64,000 nucleotides of DNA from Actinomycetota bacterium (GTDB lineage Bacteria; Actinomycetota; Rubrobacteria; Rubrobacterales; Rubrobacteraceae): NCBI GenBank assembly GCA_046732815.1, contig JBKPNW010000063.1:3370-67369 (forward strand), written 5' to 3'. Under the pieces are notes generated by a model. That model had not been told where the DNA came from. It ran no database searches and saw only the letters and a program-made list of their open reading frames with translations. Position 1 is the stretch's first letter; the number at the start of each line of letters is the position of its first letter. Positions 59,142 to 64,000 of the stretch are shown one piece after another. Made by a program: the position numbers and the translations under genes.

Positions 59142-60008
59142 ATGTTCCGACGCATGCTCATCGTCCTGGCCGTCCTGGCTGTAGTGTACCTCGGCATCGG
59201 GCTGCTCGTCGTCCTCTGGATGACCGGCCCGAGGCGTAGATCCCCGTGGGCGACACCGGCTTCCGTCGGACTCGAATACAGTGAAGTCGAAATCCGCAGC
59301 ACCGACGGTATCCGGCTGAGATGTTGGTGGGTACCAGCCAAAGACTCGGACAGGGTCGCGGTGCTGGTCCCCGGCTGGGGTGGGTACAAGTTCGAGGAGC
59401 ACCTGTTGCAGACCCTTCCCGTGTACCACGACGCCGGCTACAGAGTCCTTATGCTAGACCTGCGGGCGCAGGGCGAGTCGGGCGGGTTGCGCCGAACCCT
59501 CGGCTACAGGGAAGTGCGCGACGTCCACGGCGCGCTCGCCTGGCTACACGAGCAGGGCTACGAGGCGAGGAACGTCGTGCTTCACGGCTGGTCCATGGGA
59601 GGCGCGACCGCCCTGCGTGCCGCTCCAGGGACGGGCGTGGCCGCGATCGTCGAAGAGGCCGGATATGGCGACCTTCCGCTGCTCCTTCGGGGCAAGCTAC
59701 CGGAGTTCGTACGCTTCGGGGGATTACTGGAGCCGGCGATCCTGCTCGCGGGGAGGCTCTTCCCCGACTTCGACTATAAGGAGGTGGTACCGAAAAGGGA
59801 GGCCGCCATGCTCTCCCGCGAGCGCGTACCGCTCTTCATTATCCACTCGACGAACGACGACGTGGTGCCCTACGAGCAGGCCAAGATCCTCGCTGCGGCC
59901 TACCCCGGGACGGGCGTGTGGACGTTGGAAGGTTACGGCCACGTCGAGGCTTACAAGCATCACGAGTACGCACAGAGGTTGCGGGCGTTTCTGGACGCAT
60001 CGCGGTGA
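59142..60008 (+). CDS. Membrane-anchored alpha/beta hydrolase
   Basis: N-terminal TM helix, DLRAQGES, GWSMGG nucleophile elbow, C-terminal Asp and His. Confidence 0.85.
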   Translation: MFRRMLIVLAVLAVVYLGIGLLVVLWMTGPRRRSPWATPASVGLEYSEVEIRSTDGIRLRCWWVPAKDSDRVAVLVPGWGGYKFEEHLLQTLPVYHDAGYRVLMLDLRAQGESGGLRRTLGYREVRDVHGALAWLHEQGYEARNVVLHGWSMGGATALRAAPGTGVAAIVEEAGYGDLPLLLRGKLPEFVRFGGLLEPAILLAGRLFPDFDYKEVVPKREAAMLSRERVPLFIIHSTNDDVVPYEQAKILAAAYPGTGVWTLEGYGHVEAYKHHEYAQRLRAFLDASR

Positions 60009-60012
60009 AAGC

Positions 60013-60036
60013 GAGCGGTTCGCGAACCGCCCCTAC
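60013..60036 (-). repeat. GTAG-type REP
   Basis: gagcggttcgcgaaccgcccctac. Confidence 0.78.
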
Positions 60037-60362
60037 ATTGACCGCTCGCAAATAGAACGTTCGTCGTTTGCCTTTGGCGCGTTGGCGGAACGCCCCAACG
60101 TCACAGGGGTCAACTGGCTGCTGGTTCGAAAGGCCGACCACGAGGTTCCCACGCACATCTTTTCCCGTAGCTCGCGGTGGGCCTGGGGTTCCACAATGCA
60201 GGGACCGGGGCTGACACGTAAACCAGCGCCCGGCGCACCACCCGAAAACCCACCGAACAGTGACCTGGCATGATCACCCGACGATTCGTCGGCGACCGCG
60301 TTCGAGCCGCTCGGCGTTGGGGTTGTATGGGGTAGTAGTCTTGCCGATGGCAACGGGCTCGA

Positions 60363-62144
60363 CTACTGCCGGGCGTGGTTACCCTCTGTACCGGATAGCT
60401 GGAGCGCGCAGTTGACCAGAGCCAGGTGCGTAAAAGCCTGCGGGAAGTTGCCGACCAGCCTCTCGGCTTGCGTGTCGTACTCCTCGCTGATCAATCCGAG
60501 GTCGTTGCGCAGCGCGAGCAACCGCTCGAAGAGTTCCTCAGCCTCGCGCTTCCGGCCTATGCCCCACAGCGCGTCGACCAACCAGAAGCTGCAGATCAGG
60601 AACGATCCCTCGTGCCCGGAGAGGCCGTCGTCGGACTCGTCGGTCCGGTAGCGCAGGACGAGGCCGTCTTCGGTCAACTCGTTCTGAATCGTCTCCACGG
60701 TACTGATTATCCGCTCGTCGTCGTAGGGCAAGAACCCGACGCGTGGTATCAGCAGCGCGCAGGCGTCCAACGCCCTGGAGCCGTAGGCCTGGGTGAAGGT
60801 CCCCCGCCCTGTGTCGTAGCCATTCTCGAGGACGTCGGAGTGGATCTCATCTCGCACGGCACGCCAGCGGTCCACGGGGCCTTCGAGCCCGAAGCGCTCG
60901 ACGCCCTTGACGAGCGAGTCGAACGCCACCCAGCACATCACCTTGGAGTAGACGAAGTGCTGCCTCTCGCCGCGTGACTCCCAGATGCCGTTGTCGGGCC
61001 TCCTCCACCCCTTCTCCAGGCGTCCTGCGAGCCAGCGCTGCAACTCCCAACCCCTCTCCATAGGGATGATCCCCGCTGCGCGACCGCCGTGTGCGGCGGC
61101 GAGCACCTCGCCGGGTACATCACCCTGGACCTGGCCCGCGGCATCGTTGCCGACGCGCACGGGGGAGGCGCCTTCGTATCCGGGGAGCCAGGGTATCTCG
61201 TACTCGGGCAGGCGGCGGGTGCCGTCTATGCCGTACATGATCTGGGCGTCTTCGGGTGCGCCGGCGACGGCCCGCAAGACCCACTGCTGCCAGGCGCGGG
61301 CTTCGTCGTGCAGACCCGCCCCTACCAGGGCGCTCAGGGTGAACGCGCTGTCTCGCAGCCAGCAGTAACGGTAATCCCAGTTTCTGGAGCCGCCGAGGGT
61401 CTCGGGAAGCGAGGTCGTGGCTGCGGCCACGATACCGCCGCTCGGTTCGTAGGTGAGGCCCTTGAGGGTTACGAGGGAGCGATAAACGGCATCCTGGAAG
61501 CGGCCCTCGTAACTTATCTGTCCCGCCCAATCGAGCCAGAAGCGTTCGGTATCATCCACCGCCTGCAGCCCATCGATGGCCACGGGACGCTCGCTGTAGG
61601 AAGGCGCCCAGGTGAGCACGAATGGGACGCGCTCTCCCTCGGAGATCGTGAATCGGGAGAGGATCTCACCTTCCCTCTCCTCGTGGGACACCGAGGCGCG
61701 CAACCATAGCGCATCCGGTCCGGCCACGGCGTGTACCTCGCGTCCCGCTATGGTGACCCATGGAGAGATGTGCCCGTAGTCGAAGCGTATCTTGAGCTCG
61801 CTCGTGATCTCTACCCTGCCACTTATACCCTCGACGACCCTTACCAGGTCGGGCGCAACACCGCGGGGTGGCATGCAGTCGATCACCCTCACGGTACCCT
61901 CCTCGGTCTCCCACTCGGTCTCGAGGATGAGCGTGTGCCCCCTGTAGCGACGCCCCGTAGAGCGGCCGCCCGAGGAAGGGGCAATACTCCAGCGTCCGTT
62001 GGAGTCGTCGCCGAGCAGGCCGGCGAAGCAGGCCGGCGAGTCGAAGCGGGGGAAGCACAACCAGTCCACGCACCCGTCGGCGCCCACTATTGCCGCGGTC
62101 TGGAGGTCAGCCACCATCGCGTAGTCTTCGATCCTGCTAGGCAT
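60363..62144 (-). CDS. GH15 glycoside hydrolase (glucoamylase/trehalase-like)
   Basis: IEDYA, AAATTSLPE..GG.RNWDYRYCWLRD, EG.FL.CSFW, SEE, GNFPQAF. Confidence 0.93.
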   Translation of the reverse strand: MPSRIEDYAMVADLQTAAIVGADGCVDWLCFPRFDSPACFAGLLGDDSNGRWSIAPSSGGRSTGRRYRGHTLILETEWETEEGTVRVIDCMPPRGVAPDLVRVVEGISGRVEITSELKIRFDYGHISPWVTIAGREVHAVAGPDALWLRASVSHEEREGEILSRFTISEGERVPFVLTWAPSYSERPVAIDGLQAVDDTERFWLDWAGQISYEGRFQDAVYRSLVTLKGLTYEPSGGIVAAATTSLPETLGGSRNWDYRYCWLRDSAFTLSALVGAGLHDEARAWQQWVLRAVAGAPEDAQIMYGIDGTRRLPEYEIPWLPGYEGASPVRVGNDAAGQVQGDVPGEVLAAAHGGRAAGIIPMERGWELQRWLAGRLEKGWRRPDNGIWESRGERQHFVYSKVMCWVAFDSLVKGVERFGLEGPVDRWRAVRDEIHSDVLENGYDTGRGTFTQAYGSRALDACALLIPRVGFLPYDDERIISTVETIQNELTEDGLVLRYRTDESDDGLSGHEGSFLICSFWLVDALWGIGRKREAEELFERLLALRNDLGLISEEYDTQAERLVGNFPQAFTHLALVNCALQLSGTEGNHARQ

Positions 62145-62191
62145 CTGTGCAGTCTCCTTGTATCGGTCGTGTGCCCGCTCGGCCCCCGTCT

Positions 62192-62845
62192 TTACACCAG
62201 CTTGTCGATCATAGCCCAGAGCCGCTCGTCGGTGAAGTCCTCTGCCGTCATGAAAGCCCCTGCCTCGAGAAGCCTCTCAGGGTCCTGGCTCGAGGCGATG
62301 CCTACGGTCGGGATGCCCGCAGCAACGGAGGAGGAAATGCCGGAGACCGAGTCTTCGAAGGCCAGGGCCTCCTCGGCAGGGACACCCATCTTCTGCAAGG
62401 CGGCTCTGTAAGGTGCAGGATCGGGCTTTACGGCCTCGACCTCGTCGGCGAGCACGATCACGTCGAAGAATTCTTGCAGCTTCAGGGCGAGCAGGATCGC
62501 CTCGACGTTCTCCTCAGGCGCGTTGGTGACGAGGGCGATCTGCATACGCCGTTCCATGCCTCGTTCTATGAAGCTAACGAGCCCGTCCAGGGGTTCCAGT
62601 TCGGAGGCGCGCTCGCGGAAGCTCGCCTCTTTGGCATCACCGATCGACTTTCCTTGCTCGTCCGTGAGGCCGGGAAGCAGTTCGCGCAAGATCTCACCCG
62701 TACTGCGGCCACTGATGCTGTCGCGATACAACTCCTCGTCCACCTCGACGCCGTATGGTTCGAGCGTGTCCACCCACGTGGGCAGGTGCAAAGAATCGGT
62801 CTCCGCGAGGGTGCCATCGAGGTCGAAGAGCAGGGCCCGGTACAA
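62192..62845 (-). CDS. HAD-IA family phosphatase (beta-phosphoglucomutase/CbbY-like)
   Basis: FDLDGTL motif I, VTN, KPDP, FEDS..G. Confidence 0.9.
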   Translation of the reverse strand: MYRALLFDLDGTLAETDSLHLPTWVDTLEPYGVEVDEELYRDSISGRSTGEILRELLPGLTDEQGKSIGDAKEASFRERASELEPLDGLVSFIERGMERRMQIALVTNAPEENVEAILLALKLQEFFDVIVLADEVEAVKPDPAPYRAALQKMGVPAEEALAFEDSVSGISSSVAAGIPTVGIASSQDPERLLEAGAFMTAEDFTDERLWAMIDKLV

Positions 62846-62849
62846 ACCG

Positions 62850-63197
62850 CTAACCGGCGTAGAGGACCATGTTCAGGGCGCGGGTAACGATCAGCAGCGC
62901 GCCAATATACAGGAGGATGAAGAGATGCCCGCGTTCCCTGCCCTTGCGCAGGGGGCTGGTCTTGTACTCGGCCATCCCGAGGAGCACCCCCACGGCGCAG
63001 AGTCCCCATACCCAGTAGAATGCGAAGTAGCGCGCGAAGTTGCCGGGGTCGAGGTTGAGCGAGGCCCACGCGAAGGTAAGCGTCACGAAAGCGGCCAACG
63101 AGAGCGACATGACGAACAGCACCCTGTTCGCCAGCCCCCTGCGCTTCCACGCAAGCCAGTCGGTAAAGATGGTCTGGATACCGCTCACACCGGTCAT
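62850..63197 (-). CDS. Small membrane protein, unknown function
   Basis: Three hydrophobic segments; operon orientation. Confidence 0.55.
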   Translation of the reverse strand: MTGVSGIQTIFTDWLAWKRRGLANRVLFVMSLSLAAFVTLTFAWASLNLDPGNFARYFAFYWVWGLCAVGVLLGMAEYKTSPLRKGRERGHLFILLYIGALLIVTRALNMVLYAG

Positions 63198-63271
63198 ATT
63201 AGCAGCCCGTAGGCGAACCGCCGTGAAAGATTCCGGCTCACGCCTGAGCCCCAGGCATTAGAATAGGCGCC

Positions 63272-64000
63272 GTGCGTCGACTCCTTGCCCTCAGCTGCGC
63301 GATAGTGCTGGTAGACACGATCTTCTACGCCGCGCTCTACCCGCTCGTCCCCTACTTCCAGGAGGAGTTCGGCCTCTCCAAGTCCGTGGTCGGCATCTTG
63401 AGCGGGGCCTATGGTGCTGGCGTCCTAGCAGGCAGCGTGCCCGGTGGGTTCCTCGCTTCGCGCTCGGGGGTGAGGATCACGGCCCTCGTGGGATTGACGC
63501 TTATGTCCACAACCAGCGTGATGTTCGCACTCGTGGACACGGCCTGGTTGCTCGTAGCGGCGCGTTTCATCGGCGGATTCGGCAGCGCGCTCTCTTGGGT
63601 CGCTGCGTTCACCTGGCTAGTGGACCGTGCGCCTGAGGAGCGGCGGGCGGAGTTGATCGGGGTGATGATAAGTGCCGCCGTGGTCGGGGCTCTCCTCGGT
63701 CCCGTTCTCGGGAGCGTCGCCGCTACCGTCGGCCTCTTGCCGGCCTTCGCCTCCGTAGCCCTCGCCGGTGGGGTCATCGCCGTCTGGGCCGTCCTGGAGC
63801 AGGCACCGGTCTCCTCAGGAGACGTGTCCTTGCTGCCGGCGCTCCGGACGCTGCGGCAGCCCCTGCTCCTTACGAGCCTGTGGTTTATAGGGCTCTCCCC
63901 CCTACTCTTCAGCGCGCTGGCCGTGCTCGTACCGCTGGATCTCAACAGGCTAGGATGGGGCGCTGCGGCGGTGGGGACGGTGTTTTTCGTAAGCGCCATC
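63272..64000 (+). CDS. MFS transporter, N-terminal part (runs off the window)
   Basis: Hand translation from GTG 63272: MRRLLALSCAIVLVDTIFYAALYPLVP..., open to the window edge with MFS-type helices. Confidence 0.85.
   Translation, partial: MRRLLALSCAIVLVDTIFYAALYPLVPYFQEEFGLSKSVVGILSGAYGAGVLAGSVPGGFLASRSGVRITALVGLTLMSTTSVMFALVDTAWLLVAARFIGGFGSALSWVAAFTWLVDRAPEERRAELIGVMISAAVVGALLGPVLGSVAATVGLLPAFASVALAGGVIAVWAVLEQAPVSSGDVSLLPALRTLRQPLLLTSLWFIGLSPLLFSALAVLVPLDLNRLGWGAAAVGTVFFVSAI

Overview
High-GC bacterial chromosome segment. Gene content and style suggest a deep-branching actinobacterium such as Rubrobacter (inference, not a database result). About 67 CDSs or fragments: fatty-acid beta-oxidation (acyl-CoA ligase, enoyl-CoA hydratase, FadN/FadA, acyl-CoA dehydrogenase, PadR), ClpS, a diadenylate-cyclase-domain protein, two Tat arylsulfotransferases, a Mo-oxidoreductase/ferredoxin reductase operon, EfeUOB iron uptake, glyoxylate shunt (aceB, aceA) with a divergent LysR, Pfk with a PPi-type signature, a fluoroacetate-dehalogenase-like hydrolase, a trp operon split in two by an opposite-strand three-gene block, accD/accA, and glycoside hydrolases (GH38, GH63, GH31, GH15). 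I found no rRNA, tRNA, CRISPR array, integrase or transposase. The most unusual signal is non-coding: 11 copies of a modular intergenic element made of 8-nt-periodic TCAGC/GCTGA arrays with swappable GNA-triloop hairpin modules. Four copies end in perfect 10-18 bp palindromes of unrelated sequence. Four end in a covarying mini-hairpin that forms the ribosome-binding site of the next gene. Two share a spacer of conserved blocks alternating with fixed-length variable blocks. Two further repeat families occur (GTAG-type REPs, all seven in one orientation, and dRS3-like ATTCCC-N8-GGGAAT). Start codons were chosen by eye from RBS and overlap patterns. Novelty could not be checked against databases.
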